DNA of 64,000 nt from positions 37,944-101,943 of the forward strand of contig CAMAUZ010000013.1 of the NCBI GenBank assembly GCA_945861535.1. Reading direction: 5' to 3'. Below are positions 35,571 through 47,029 of this stretch, piece by piece. The stretch comes from Akkermansia muciniphila (GTDB lineage Bacteria; Verrucomicrobiota; Verrucomicrobiia; Limisphaerales; BJHT01). The notes beneath the pieces are model-generated. The model was given only the letters and a program-made list of their open reading frames with translations, did not search any database and was not told the origin of the DNA. Both the position numbers and the translations under genes were made by a program. Numbering within the stretch: position 1 is the first letter of the stretch; each line of letters begins with the position of its first letter.

Positions 35571-37022
35571 ATGGACATCAGCGGCTTCGATGACGCGGGC
35601 AAACTGCTGCCGCTCGTGACGACCAGCGACGCCGGGCCGGACGAAGCGGGCGACAAGAACATCATGACCTACAGCTTCCGGCTCTGCCTCACGCGAGACC
35701 CGGCCAAGATGGTTTCCATGCCCGCGCCGACGAACTACAACCCCGCCCGATTCGAGCTGGCGCGCCGCGCGCTCAAAGTCGGTGTCAAAGCGGGCTTCGA
35801 CCTCTACCCGTTGCCGGGCAACAAGCTCGACGGCAACAACTCCATTCACGGACAGGTTTCCCTCGGCCTTGTCGGTGCCGGCAACGACTGGCACAGCGCC
35901 GATGAAGCAGGCCGGCAGAAGATTTGGGAGGACCACAAACAATACACGCTTGAGTTCCTGCACTTCCTCCGCACCGACCCCGCCGTGGCGCCGAAAGTCC
36001 GTGGCGAGTTTGCCGGCCTCGGTCTTTGCCAAGACGAGTTTGCGGCGACCGCCCACTTTCCGCCTGCGCTCTATGTGCGCGAATCGCGGCGGATGAAGGG
36101 CCTGCATGTGATCTCGCAAAAGGACATCATTACCTCGCCGGAAAAGGCCGACCCCATCGCCGTCTCGTCGTTCCCGATTGATTCGCACGACTGCCAGCGC
36201 GTCGCGTTGAAAGACGGTGGCGTCATCAATGAGGGCACGATTTTTCCCGTGCGAGTCCCCGGCAGCAAAGTGGGCTACGCCTACCATGTGCCCTATCGCT
36301 CCGTGCTGCCGCAGGCCAGCCAATGCAACAACCTGCTCGTGCCCGTCGCGCTTTCCTCCACGCATGTCGCGATGTCATCGCTTCGGATCGAAGGCGCATG
36401 GATGGCCATCGGCCAGGGCGCGGGTGTCGCCGCGGCGCTGGCGGCGAAACAATCCGTCGCCGTGCAAGACCTGCCCTATCCCGTCCTGCGCCAGCGACTC
36501 CTCGCGCAAGGGCAAGTGCTCGACCTCCCCGCAGTTTCCAAACCAGCGGCGGCGAAGGAGGCTGACTTCATCCCCGTGAAGTCGCTCCCCGGCATCGTGC
36601 TCGACGACGCCGATGCGCAACTCGTCGGCGCATGGACGCAGTCCACGAACTTCAAACCACACATCGGCAGCGGCTACCGCGTCCACGGAGCCAAGGACGC
36701 CCGCGCCGACGGCACAGCCACCGCCACCTTCCGCGTCAAAGTGCCGACGTCCGGCGAATACCAGGTGCTGATGTCCTACTCCGCGCATGAAACCCGCGCC
36801 AAAAACGTGCCCGTCACCATCGTCAGCGGCACCCGCGAGACGAAGCTCACCGTGGACCAAACCAAGCCCATGCCCGCCGGTCAGCACTTTCAGCCCATCG
36901 GCACGGCGACGCTCACATCGGATGGCGAAACAACTCTTCGAATCCAAACCACCGACACCACCGGTTTCGTCATCCTCGACGCCGTGCAGTTGGTTTTGAG
37001 CCGGCAAAAAGATGGGCGGTAA
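35571..37022 (+). CDS. Continuation of the same FAD-dependent oxidoreductase (same frame; open from 35502)
   Basis: Frame identical to 34950..35501. Codons 35502-35570 read TIGREGRAEFGESYAGKQYPKKK without a stop. The last 7 codons and the TAA lie inside palindromic element copy 5. Confidence 0.7.
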   Translation: MDISGFDDAGKLLPLVTTSDAGPDEAGDKNIMTYSFRLCLTRDPAKMVSMPAPTNYNPARFELARRALKVGVKAGFDLYPLPGNKLDGNNSIHGQVSLGLVGAGNDWHSADEAGRQKIWEDHKQYTLEFLHFLRTDPAVAPKVRGEFAGLGLCQDEFAATAHFPPALYVRESRRMKGLHVISQKDIITSPEKADPIAVSSFPIDSHDCQRVALKDGGVINEGTIFPVRVPGSKVGYAYHVPYRSVLPQASQCNNLLVPVALSSTHVAMSSLRIEGAWMAIGQGAGVAAALAAKQSVAVQDLPYPVLRQRLLAQGQVLDLPAVSKPAAAKEADFIPVKSLPGIVLDDADAQLVGAWTQSTNFKPHIGSGYRVHGAKDARADGTATATFRVKVPTSGEYQVLMSYSAHETRAKNVPVTIVSGTRETKLTVDQTKPMPAGQHFQPIGTATLTSDGETTLRIQTTDTTGFVILDAVQLVLSRQKDGR

Positions 37023-37074
37023 AAAATGTGATGAAATGGATTCCCCATCTTTTACCGGCCATCTTTTTGCCGGC
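37000..37074. repeat. Palindromic element copy 5
   Basis: GCCGGCAAAAAGATGGGCGGTAAAAAATG - loop - TCCCCATCTTTTACCGGCCATCTTTTTGCCGGC. Contains the upstream gene's stop codon (37020-37022). Confidence 0.9.
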
Positions 37075-37096
37075 CTGTATGCCCAACATTACTCCT

Positions 37097-39691
37097 ATGA
37101 TCACACGCCTCACATTCCTCGGTTTGATTCTCGGTTTATCCTTCTCGTCCGCAGATGCTCAGAATGCCGCCGTCGGTTCGCCCCGGCTGGTTCTGGATGC
37201 GGACACGGGCATAACCATTCGCGAGGGCTTCGACGCTGAATTGCTCTACGAGGTGCCCAAGTCTCAGGGCTCGTGGGTGGCGATGGCGTTTGATCCGAAA
37301 GGCCGGCTCATCGTTTCCGATCAGGATGACAAGGGTGTGTTCCGCGTGACGCTGCCCACCGGGGGTGCCGGAATCAAAGTCGAGAGCCTGCCCGGATTTC
37401 CTTACGAGCCGGTGGACTGGGGGAGGCGCAAGGTCGGCGGTGCGTATGGCTTTCTCTACGCGTTCGATAGTCTCTACATGGCGAACATGCGGGGCTTTTA
37501 CCGCATCCGCGACACAGATGGGGACGACCAGTTTGACGAATTCACGCTGCTGAAGAAACTCGACATGGGCTACGAGCACTCGGCGCACTGCATCATCCAG
37601 ACGGCTGACGGCAAGGGGCTTTATCTGGTGAGCGGAAACTTCACCCGAGTGCCAAAAGGGACCGTTCCCTCGCAGCCGCCGGTATGGCAGGAGGACACGC
37701 TCATGCCCGTGATTCCCGACCCTTCGGGCCACGCCGTGGGACTCAAGCCTCCGGGCGGCTGGATTTGCCGCATTTCACCCGACGGCAGCGACTGGAGGAT
37801 GATTGCGTCCGGCTTCCGCAACTCGGTGGACATCGCGCTGAATCGCGAGGGCGAACTTTTCACTTACGATTCCGACATGGAGTTTGATGTTGGCGTCCCG
37901 TGGTATCGGCCCACGCGCATCAATCACGTCACCAGCGGCGCGGAGTTTGGCTGGAGGGCGAACTCGGGGGTGTGGCTGGACTATTTCGCCGACAGCCTCG
38001 GCTCGGTGCTCGACATCGGCCCCGGCTCCCCGACGGCCATCAGCTTCGGGCATCACTCGAAGTTTCCGGCGGAGTTTCAGGACAAGCTCTTCATCTGCGA
38101 CTGGACGTTCGGCACGATTTTCACCGTGGAGCTGCAGGAAAGCGGTTCGAGCTACACCGGCACGAAGTCGGAGTTTCTCCACGGCAGCCCGCTGAACATC
38201 GCGGCGATGCGCTTCGGGCCGGACGGTGCGATGTATTTCGTCACCGGCGGACGCACGACAGCCTCGCGGCTCTATCGAGTCCGCCACACAGGCGCGCCGA
38301 CGACGGGCGTGCCGAGGACACTGCTGGCCAACAGCGAACTGCGGGTGTTGCGGCATTCGTTGGAGAAATTCCATGCACGCGGCGAGAGCGCCGACGCCGT
38401 GGAAAAGGCATGGCCGCATCTCGCGCACGCTGACCGCAGCATTCGCTACGCAGCGCGCATCGCCATCGAGAACCAGGGCGTGGCGCTCTGGCAGGAAATG
38501 GTCTTCGCGGAGAAGAACCCGCGCGCGGCGATTTATGCCGCCATCGCGTTGACCCGCCATGGCGACAAATCCCTGTCCGGGCGGCTGATTGACAAGCTCG
38601 CCGAGGTGCCATTTGGCTCGCTTGCGCAAGAAGACCAGCTCGCGCTGCTCCGCGCCTACGCGCTGTGTTTTATGCGATTTGGCCTGCCCGCCGAGGATAA
38701 GACGGCGGCAGTCATCGCCAGGCTGGATGCTCATTTCCCGTCTAAGGATGACACGGTGAACGCCGAACTATGCCGTGTGCTGTCATCGCTCGATGCTCCC
38801 ACAGTGGCGCGGAAAACCATCGGGCTGATGAAAGCCACCCGCGTCGAGACAGTGGCCTACGACAAGGCCATGCTGGGCCGTCACGAGTATGGCGCGGCCA
38901 TTTTGAAGATGATGGCCAACACGCCCAACACGCGAAATATCCACTACGCGTATTTCCTGCGGCGCGTGCGAAGCGGGTGGACGCTCGAGGACCGCAAATA
39001 CTTCTTCGGCTGGCTGAACGAGGCGTTGGCCAAGGACGGCGGCAAGAGCTTTGCCGGATACATCCGGGCCATTCGCAAGGACGCCATCGCGCAACTGGAG
39101 ACCAAGGATGTCGAGCTGATGGCCGGGTTGCTGGAGGACTTTCCCGCTTTCGACCTTTCCAAACTCCCGAAGCCCAAAGGCCCGCCTGTCGCATGGACGG
39201 TGGAGACGGCGATGAACCTGTTTGAGCCGGAGCTTCGCGGCCGGGATTTCGCGAACGGGAAGAAGATGTTCGCCGCCGGATACTGCATCGCCTGTCATCG
39301 CGTCGGCGGCGAAGGCGGCCACTCTGGTCCTGACCTCGGCTCGCTGGGAAATCGCTTTTCCATCCGGGACATTCTCGTCGCCATCTGTGAACCCAGCGCC
39401 TCGGTCTCCGACCAATACCTCGCCAGCGTGGTGAAGCTCAAAGACGGCGACACGCTCAACGGCCGCCTCATTTTCAAGAACGACAAGGAAGTCGGCGTCG
39501 CCACGAATCCGTTTGATTTGAACCAGGTCACGAAAGCGCCGGCGGACCAGGTGGTCGGCATCGCTTCCTCGCAAGTTTCGATGATGCCATCGGAGCTGCT
39601 CTCAGGCATGAACCGCGATGAGCTGATGGACCTGATGGCCTATCTGCTCTCAGGCGGAAACTCGCAGCACAAGGCTTTCAAAAAGGAATGA
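37097..39691 (+). CDS. PVC-type heme-binding protein: putative membrane-bound dehydrogenase (beta-propeller) + HEAT-like repeats + C-terminal cytochrome c domain
   Basis: Signal peptide MITRLTFLGLILGLSFSSADA. C-terminal GYCIACHRVGGEGGHSGPDLGSLG heme c motif. Alternative starts are 37079 or 37028. Confidence 0.75.
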   Translation: MITRLTFLGLILGLSFSSADAQNAAVGSPRLVLDADTGITIREGFDAELLYEVPKSQGSWVAMAFDPKGRLIVSDQDDKGVFRVTLPTGGAGIKVESLPGFPYEPVDWGRRKVGGAYGFLYAFDSLYMANMRGFYRIRDTDGDDQFDEFTLLKKLDMGYEHSAHCIIQTADGKGLYLVSGNFTRVPKGTVPSQPPVWQEDTLMPVIPDPSGHAVGLKPPGGWICRISPDGSDWRMIASGFRNSVDIALNREGELFTYDSDMEFDVGVPWYRPTRINHVTSGAEFGWRANSGVWLDYFADSLGSVLDIGPGSPTAISFGHHSKFPAEFQDKLFICDWTFGTIFTVELQESGSSYTGTKSEFLHGSPLNIAAMRFGPDGAMYFVTGGRTTASRLYRVRHTGAPTTGVPRTLLANSELRVLRHSLEKFHARGESADAVEKAWPHLAHADRSIRYAARIAIENQGVALWQEMVFAEKNPRAAIYAAIALTRHGDKSLSGRLIDKLAEVPFGSLAQEDQLALLRAYALCFMRFGLPAEDKTAAVIARLDAHFPSKDDTVNAELCRVLSSLDAPTVARKTIGLMKATRVETVAYDKAMLGRHEYGAAILKMMANTPNTRNIHYAYFLRRVRSGWTLEDRKYFFGWLNEALAKDGGKSFAGYIRAIRKDAIAQLETKDVELMAGLLEDFPAFDLSKLPKPKGPPVAWTVETAMNLFEPELRGRDFANGKKMFAAGYCIACHRVGGEGGHSGPDLGSLGNRFSIRDILVAICEPSASVSDQYLASVVKLKDGDTLNGRLIFKNDKEVGVATNPFDLNQVTKAPADQVVGIASSQVSMMPSELLSGMNRDELMDLMAYLLSGGNSQHKAFKKE

Positions 39692-39887
39692 TCCCACGCA
39701 CCACATTCCTGGTAAGAATAGATCCGCTGGAGCGGAGCCAAAGCCAACGCCCACATCCGCACCCTCGCCCTCGAAAACCTGACGCTTGCGAGGTGTCCAC
39801 CAAACACAGGCAAGCGCCCGCGGATAACCCCTCCCAAAATCAATCATTCGTGTTCGACAAACCTCCGCGATTCAAAATCAATCCGCC

Positions 39888-41804
<1,917 letters not shown>

Positions 41805-41857
41805 AAATTTCTGAACGTAGCAAGATGACATGCTCACACACAAGGACCGGGGTTTGG

Positions 41858-41932
41858 GCCGGCAAAAAGATGGGCGGTAAAAGATGGGGACTGCTGTTCT
41901 TCCTGTTTTTCACCACACATCTTTTTGCCGGC
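41858..41932. repeat. Palindromic element copy 6 (overlaps the start and signal peptide of the downstream gene)
   Basis: GCCGGCAAAAAGATGGGCGGTAAAAGATGGGGA - loop - TTTTTCACCACACATCTTTTTGCCGGC. Confidence 0.9.
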
Positions 41933-43444
41933 GAACTGGTGGTCTATCCGCCCGTGCCGGGACTGGCGGCGTCGGGACATTACAGAGTGCGCGTGCGTTC
42001 CATCGGCGGTGAATGGCAGAGCGCCTTTGCGTGGGAGACGGCTTGCAAGACCATCGAGAAGAAGACGGACGCCTACTTCGACACGCTGGCGGGATGGACG
42101 CACGCGTACGTGAATTTTGAAACCGACGGCGCGGTAGAGGTCGAAATCACCCGCGCGAACGGCCAGCCGATTCGCACGGCGGCGGTGCATCCGCGGCGCA
42201 AGGCGGCGGCGTGGTCCGTCGTGGATGGCAGGGCGCTCGTGCGGCTCGACCAGCCGTGTCTCGTCGCGGTGGACATTGACGGTCAGATGGACGCGCAGGA
42301 CACCGGCAAGGGCTACAAAGGCCCGCCGATTCACACGGTCTCGATTTTTGCCAACCCGCCGCTGGCCGGAAAACCGAAGCCCGGCAACCCCGGCGTGCTC
42401 ACGGTGAAGCCGGGCGAAAAGCCGCCAACCGACGGGCCGTGGACCACGCTCTATTTTCTGCCGGGGGTTCACGACCTCGGGCTGGCGTTCCCACTGCGCG
42501 CGAACCGCCAGTATTACCTCCCCGGTGACGCGATGGTTTATGGCACGCTCTCCAGCCGGAAATGGGGCGAGGGAAAAAACATCCGCATCTTCGGCCACGG
42601 CACGTTGTCCGGGGCGCGGCTGAAACATCCCGGGCATGTGCAGCCGAAAGTTTCCGACAAAGACCACGGGCTCTATCGCCCCATCGAAATCGTCGGCACC
42701 ACCGACACGCGCGTCGAGGGCATCACCATCGCCGACTCGGCCACGCACTCGCTCATGCTGGTGCATCCGCACCAGCCGGAACATCCCAACGCCGTGCGGT
42801 GGACGAAGATTTTCACCTGGCGCGCGAACGGCGACGGCATCAATCCTTTCGGCAACACGCTCATCGAGGACTGCTTCCTGCGCACGCAGGACGATTCGCT
42901 CTACGTGAACGGCCTCGGCCTCCGCCGCTGCGTGCTGTGGAACGATGCCAACGGCTCGTCGTTCGTGCTCTCCAGCCTGTCGAGCCTCGGCGACCGCAAG
43001 CTGGTCGTGGAGGACTGCGACGTCATCTACTCCCGCGCCAAATGGCATCACTGGAGCGGCGGTCGCGTCTTCAACCTGCGTGCAGAGAATGACGGCCCCG
43101 GCGGCGCGGGCGTCGTCTTCCGCAACATCAACATTGAAGACCCACGACCCACGCTGCAGCAGTTCTTTCTCTGCATGACCGTGCCGCCGCCGTACGCGAA
43201 GCGGGAAGCAAAGAGCAGCGCCGGCGACGTGGCCCGTGTCCTTTTCCAAAACATTTCCATCGCCGCACCGAGTGTGCTGGGCGAGCCGCAAATGCTGTGG
43301 GGAAACGCCAACGCCCGCATCCGCAACCTCACCTTCGAGAACCTTACGCTCGCCGGAAAACCCGCGCTCGCCGCGACATTTTTCAAAACGAACGAGCATG
43401 TCAGCGGCCTGAGTTTCCAGCCCAACACCGTGTCGAACCCGTGA
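41870..43444 (+). CDS. Secreted right-handed beta-helix glycoside hydrolase-like protein (GH28/GH49-like)
   Basis: N-terminus MGGKRWGLLFFLFFTTHLFAG. Motifs GITIADSATHSLML, WRANGDGINPFGN, RTQDDSLYVNG and VLWNDANGSSF. The alternative in-frame ATG 41825 also reads through the element. Confidence 0.6.
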   Translation: MGGKRWGLLFFLFFTTHLFAGELVVYPPVPGLAASGHYRVRVRSIGGEWQSAFAWETACKTIEKKTDAYFDTLAGWTHAYVNFETDGAVEVEITRANGQPIRTAAVHPRRKAAAWSVVDGRALVRLDQPCLVAVDIDGQMDAQDTGKGYKGPPIHTVSIFANPPLAGKPKPGNPGVLTVKPGEKPPTDGPWTTLYFLPGVHDLGLAFPLRANRQYYLPGDAMVYGTLSSRKWGEGKNIRIFGHGTLSGARLKHPGHVQPKVSDKDHGLYRPIEIVGTTDTRVEGITIADSATHSLMLVHPHQPEHPNAVRWTKIFTWRANGDGINPFGNTLIEDCFLRTQDDSLYVNGLGLRRCVLWNDANGSSFVLSSLSSLGDRKLVVEDCDVIYSRAKWHHWSGGRVFNLRAENDGPGGAGVVFRNINIEDPRPTLQQFFLCMTVPPPYAKREAKSSAGDVARVLFQNISIAAPSVLGEPQMLWGNANARIRNLTFENLTLAGKPALAATFFKTNEHVSGLSFQPNTVSNP

Positions 43445-44031
43445 AGGCAACCAACAGCATCAGGACCGCGCTGACACTCCTCACTACCCTGACCCTCGCG
43501 CTGTCGGTTCCTGCGTTGGCCGCAAATCTCCATCTCACCAATGGCGACCTGTTGGGATTCAAGTTCGACTCATGGCAAGGGGGCCATCGCGTGCCTTTCA
43601 TCGCGCGCTGGCCGGGAAAGATTCGCGCGGGCTCCGTCTCAGATCACCTTGTCTGCCAGCTCGATCTTCTCGCGACCTTCGCCGCGTTGACCGGTTCGGA
43701 CGCCTCCGCGCCGGACAGCGTGAACATGCTCCCGGTGCTCACGGGCACGCCATCGACGTCCGTGCGCCGGGAACTCGTGATCACGCCCCAACAAAAGACG
43801 CACATCGCCTTCCGGCACGACGAATGGATTTACATCGGCGCGCGAGGTGGCGGTGGTTTCGCCGGTGCCAAGCCAGGCGATCACGGCCCCGGCGGACCCG
43901 CGGCGCTGAAGCTTTCCGGCGAAGTGAACAGCGACATCGTGGATGGCAAGTTCGTACCCGGCGCCCCAGAGGAGCAGCTCGACGATCTCGGTTCGGACCC
44001 CGGCCAGAAGAAGAACGTGATCGGCCTGTAA
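43441..44031 (+). pseudogene. Sulfatase lacking the N-terminal catalytic half (signal peptide joined to the C-terminal domain)
   Basis: GTG 43441 overlaps the upstream TGA. KATNSIRTALTLLTTLTLALSVPALA is followed directly by WQGGHRVPFIARWPGKI...DDLGSDPGQKKNV. No CxPxR region. An in-frame TAA at 44029 is followed by the sulfatase-tail-like PEYAGWLRMRLADLL. Confidence 0.65.
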
Positions 44032-44325
44032 CCCGAGTATGCGGGCTGGCTGAGAATGCGCCTCGCCGACCTGCTCGCGGGAAATCCTGCTCGGGAACGG
44101 CAGCGACTTCGCCATTCTCTTTCGTGCCCAGGAAAGATTGCATCTTGTCATCCGGTCAACCGCCCCTCCCGCCATCAAACTTCCGCCATGCGGGTTGCGA
44201 AATCGAAGTGGAGGCGGCAGCATCCGTTTCCATGATACCCGATGCACCGATGCTGGACTGGGCCGCTGGGCGGCACCCGCGCGATTTCACGCAGGCCCGG
44301 CGTTTGCTCCCAGTCGTTGCGTAAT

Positions 44326-44601
44326 ATGGCGATGGTTTCTGGATTGGTAATCAGCACGGCACGCGATTGCGATATTGCGGCGGTTCAACGGGCGCTCGTG
44401 GCCCGCGAGGGAGTGACGGTGGGCAAGGCCGAGGCCCAATGGATTCCGGTCGTCATCGAGGCGGAGGATGATGTCGGGATGCGCGAGTTGCATGACTGGA
44501 TCGGCACGATCAAGGGCGTGGAATACGTGGATGTGGCGCATGTAAATTTTGACGAAGATCAAGGCGCTTCTCCGGACGATCATCAACACTCCGCCCAGTA
44601 A
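44326..44601 (+). CDS. napD: NapD, NapA-specific Tat chaperone
   Basis: 91 aa. SGLVIS...IPVVIEAEDDVGMRELHDWIGTIKGVEYVDVAHVNFDED matches the NapD layout (compare E. coli IVVVEAEDSETL...VEGVLAVSLVYH). Located directly upstream of napA. Confidence 0.8.
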   Translation: MAMVSGLVISTARDCDIAAVQRALVAREGVTVGKAEAQWIPVVIEAEDDVGMRELHDWIGTIKGVEYVDVAHVNFDEDQGASPDDHQHSAQ

Positions 44602-44608
44602 TTTACCC

Positions 44609-47023
44609 ATGATGCAACGACGTGAATTCAACAAAATGCTCGCTCTCGCGGCGGCCTCGGCGGCTGTCAGGGCGAATGCTCAATCGCCGGCCAGGGTTGC
44701 GCCGGCACCTGCCGGTGACGGCATCGCCTGGGACAAGGCTCCGTGCCGATTTTGCGGCACCGGCTGCCATGTGCGCGTGGGCGTGAAAAACGGGCGCGTG
44801 GTCGCCATCGAGGGCGATCAGCTTGCGGATGTGAACAAGGGGCTGCTGTGCGTGAAGGGTTATCACGTGGGCCTTGCGCTTTACGGCAAGGACCGGCTCA
44901 CGCAGCCGCTGTTGCGGCGCAATGGCGTGCTGGAGCCGATCTCTTGGGAGGAGGCGATTGAGACCATCGCGCAGAAGGTGATGGCAGCGCCGGCGCAGTT
45001 CGCGATTTATGGCAGCGGCCAGTGGACGATCCCGGAGGGCTACGCGGCGAACAAGTTCATCAAGGGCGGTCTTTCGAGCAATCACATCGACCCGAATGCG
45101 CGGCTCTGCATGGCGAGCGCGGTCACGGGCTTTCTCAGCGTGTATGGCGTGGACGAGCCGGCGGGTTGCTACGATGACCTCGACAAGTGCGACGTGCTCC
45201 TCATGTGGGGCAACAACATGGCGGAGATGCATCCGGTGCTTTTCAGCCGGGTGATCGACCGCCGGACGCGCGGGGAAAAGGTGACGCTCATTGATCTCGG
45301 CACGCGGCGCACACGGACGACGGAGTTTTGCGATCACTACCTCGAGTTCCGCCCGAACAGCGATCTCGCGATCATGAACGGCATCGCGCATCTGCTGATC
45401 AAAAAGAACACGTTTGATCCGAAGTTCGTGGAGAAGTTCTGCAACTTCCGCCAGGCGCCCAAGGACCCTGCGGCCTCGCCCGCCGCGCCGTTGCTCGGCG
45501 ATCCGATGAGCTTTGCTGAATACAAGGCGGCGCTCGAACCCTACACGCCGGAGCATGTGGAAAAACTCAGCGGCGTGCCCGCGGAGAAGATTCGGCTGCT
45601 GGGCGATCTTTTCGCGAACAAGGACATCCGCATCACCTCGACGTGGTGCATGGGATTCAACCAGCACACGCGCGGCACGAATGCGAACCGGCTCTGCCAC
45701 GGCATTCACCTGCTCAGCGGACACTTTGGCCGGCCCGGCGATGCGCCCACTTCGCTCACCGGCCAGCCGAGCGCGTGCGGCACGGCGCGCGAAGTCGGCA
45801 CGCTCTGCCATTTCCTGCCCGGCGGCCGGCTCATCCTGAATGCCGAGCACCGGAAGGAGACGGAGAAATTGTGGAATCTGCCGGAGGGCCGCATCAACCC
45901 GAAGATCGGCCATCACACGGTGCTCATGTGGGAGAAATTCTGCACACCGGCGGACAAGGGCGGCGACATCCGCACGCTGTGGGTGCAGGTGACGAATCCC
46001 GGCCAGTCGCTGCCGAATTTGAACAAGCTTTTCAAAGCGAAGGCGGGGCAGCCGGAAAAGTTCCTCATCGTCTCCGATGTCTATCGCACGGCGACGACCG
46101 AGCTGGCGGACCTCGTGCTGCCTTCCGCGATGTGGGTGGAGAAAAACGGCATGTATGGAAACAGCGAGCGCCGCACGCAGCAGTGGTTCCGGATGGTGAA
46201 GCCGCCCGGCGACGCCCGCGACGACGCGTGGCAGATGATCGCCGTCGCCCGCAAGCTGCACGACCTCGGTCACGCCGGCATGAAGGACAAGGACGGACGT
46301 TTCCTTTTCGCCCTGAAGAACGACAAGGGCGAGGAAGTGCCGGTGTGGGAGTGGCCGCGCTACTACGACATCAACGTGGACAAGGTGCTCTTCGAGGAAT
46401 ACCGCGCCTTCAGCCGCTACAAGCACAAGGACCTCGCGCCTTACGACGTGTATGTGAAGTCCCGCGGCCTGCGCTGGCCCGTCGTGCAGCAACCAGACGG
46501 AACATGGCGCGAGACGAAATTCCGCTTCAGCGAGTTCGACGATCCGTATGTGAAAAAGGGCGCGGAGATTCAGTTCTATCATTCCGTCACGAAGGACGAC
46601 AAAGCGCTCATCTGGTTCGCGCCCGCGGAGAGGGCGCCGGAGGAGCCGGATGCGGAGTTCCCCTTCTGGCTCTGCACTGGTCGCGTGCTCGAGCACTGGC
46701 ACACCGGCAGCATGACGCGCCGCGTCCCGCAGCTCCACGCCGCGATGCCGCACGCCTATGTCGAGATGCATCCCGAGGACGCGCGCGAGCGTGGTTTTGC
46801 GAATGGCGAGACCATCGTGGTGAAGACGCGGCGTGGCGAGTTGAAGCTGCCCGTGTGGGTGGATGGACGCGGGCATCCGCCGCGCGGCTCGCTGTTCATT
46901 CCGTTTTTCGATGAGCGCCTGATGTGCAACGACCTGACGATCGACGCCGTCGATCCGATTTCCAAGGAGCCCGACTACAAGAAGTGCGCCGCCACGGTGG
47001 CGCGGGCCGCCGCTACGCCGTGA
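44609..47023 (+). CDS. napA: Periplasmic nitrate reductase catalytic subunit NapA (molybdopterin, [4Fe-4S])
   Basis: Tat signal MMQRREFNKMLALAAASAAVRANA. CRFCGTGCHVRVGVKNGRVVAIEGD...LCVKG cluster motif. Length about 805 aa. C-terminal ...ISKEPDYKKCA. Confidence 0.9.
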   Translation: MMQRREFNKMLALAAASAAVRANAQSPARVAPAPAGDGIAWDKAPCRFCGTGCHVRVGVKNGRVVAIEGDQLADVNKGLLCVKGYHVGLALYGKDRLTQPLLRRNGVLEPISWEEAIETIAQKVMAAPAQFAIYGSGQWTIPEGYAANKFIKGGLSSNHIDPNARLCMASAVTGFLSVYGVDEPAGCYDDLDKCDVLLMWGNNMAEMHPVLFSRVIDRRTRGEKVTLIDLGTRRTRTTEFCDHYLEFRPNSDLAIMNGIAHLLIKKNTFDPKFVEKFCNFRQAPKDPAASPAAPLLGDPMSFAEYKAALEPYTPEHVEKLSGVPAEKIRLLGDLFANKDIRITSTWCMGFNQHTRGTNANRLCHGIHLLSGHFGRPGDAPTSLTGQPSACGTAREVGTLCHFLPGGRLILNAEHRKETEKLWNLPEGRINPKIGHHTVLMWEKFCTPADKGGDIRTLWVQVTNPGQSLPNLNKLFKAKAGQPEKFLIVSDVYRTATTELADLVLPSAMWVEKNGMYGNSERRTQQWFRMVKPPGDARDDAWQMIAVARKLHDLGHAGMKDKDGRFLFALKNDKGEEVPVWEWPRYYDINVDKVLFEEYRAFSRYKHKDLAPYDVYVKSRGLRWPVVQQPDGTWRETKFRFSEFDDPYVKKGAEIQFYHSVTKDDKALIWFAPAERAPEEPDAEFPFWLCTGRVLEHWHTGSMTRRVPQLHAAMPHAYVEMHPEDARERGFANGETIVVKTRRGELKLPVWVDGRGHPPRGSLFIPFFDERLMCNDLTIDAVDPISKEPDYKKCAATVARAAATP

Positions 47024-47029
47024 TGCGCC

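Noticed and set aside
37012-37239. 75-codon ORF starting at the element's ATG (MGGKKCDEMDSPSFTGHLFAG...)
   Set aside because: It is out of frame with, and overlaps, the PVC dehydrogenase gene. Downstream of the element its translation is Arg/Cys-rich junk.
44195-44208. FNR/Dnr-like box TTGCGAAATCGAAG upstream of napD
   Set aside because: The right half-site has two mismatches to a TTGCG-N4-CGCAA-type palindrome. It also lies inside the decayed sulfatase tail. It is too weak to call without a position-weight matrix scan.
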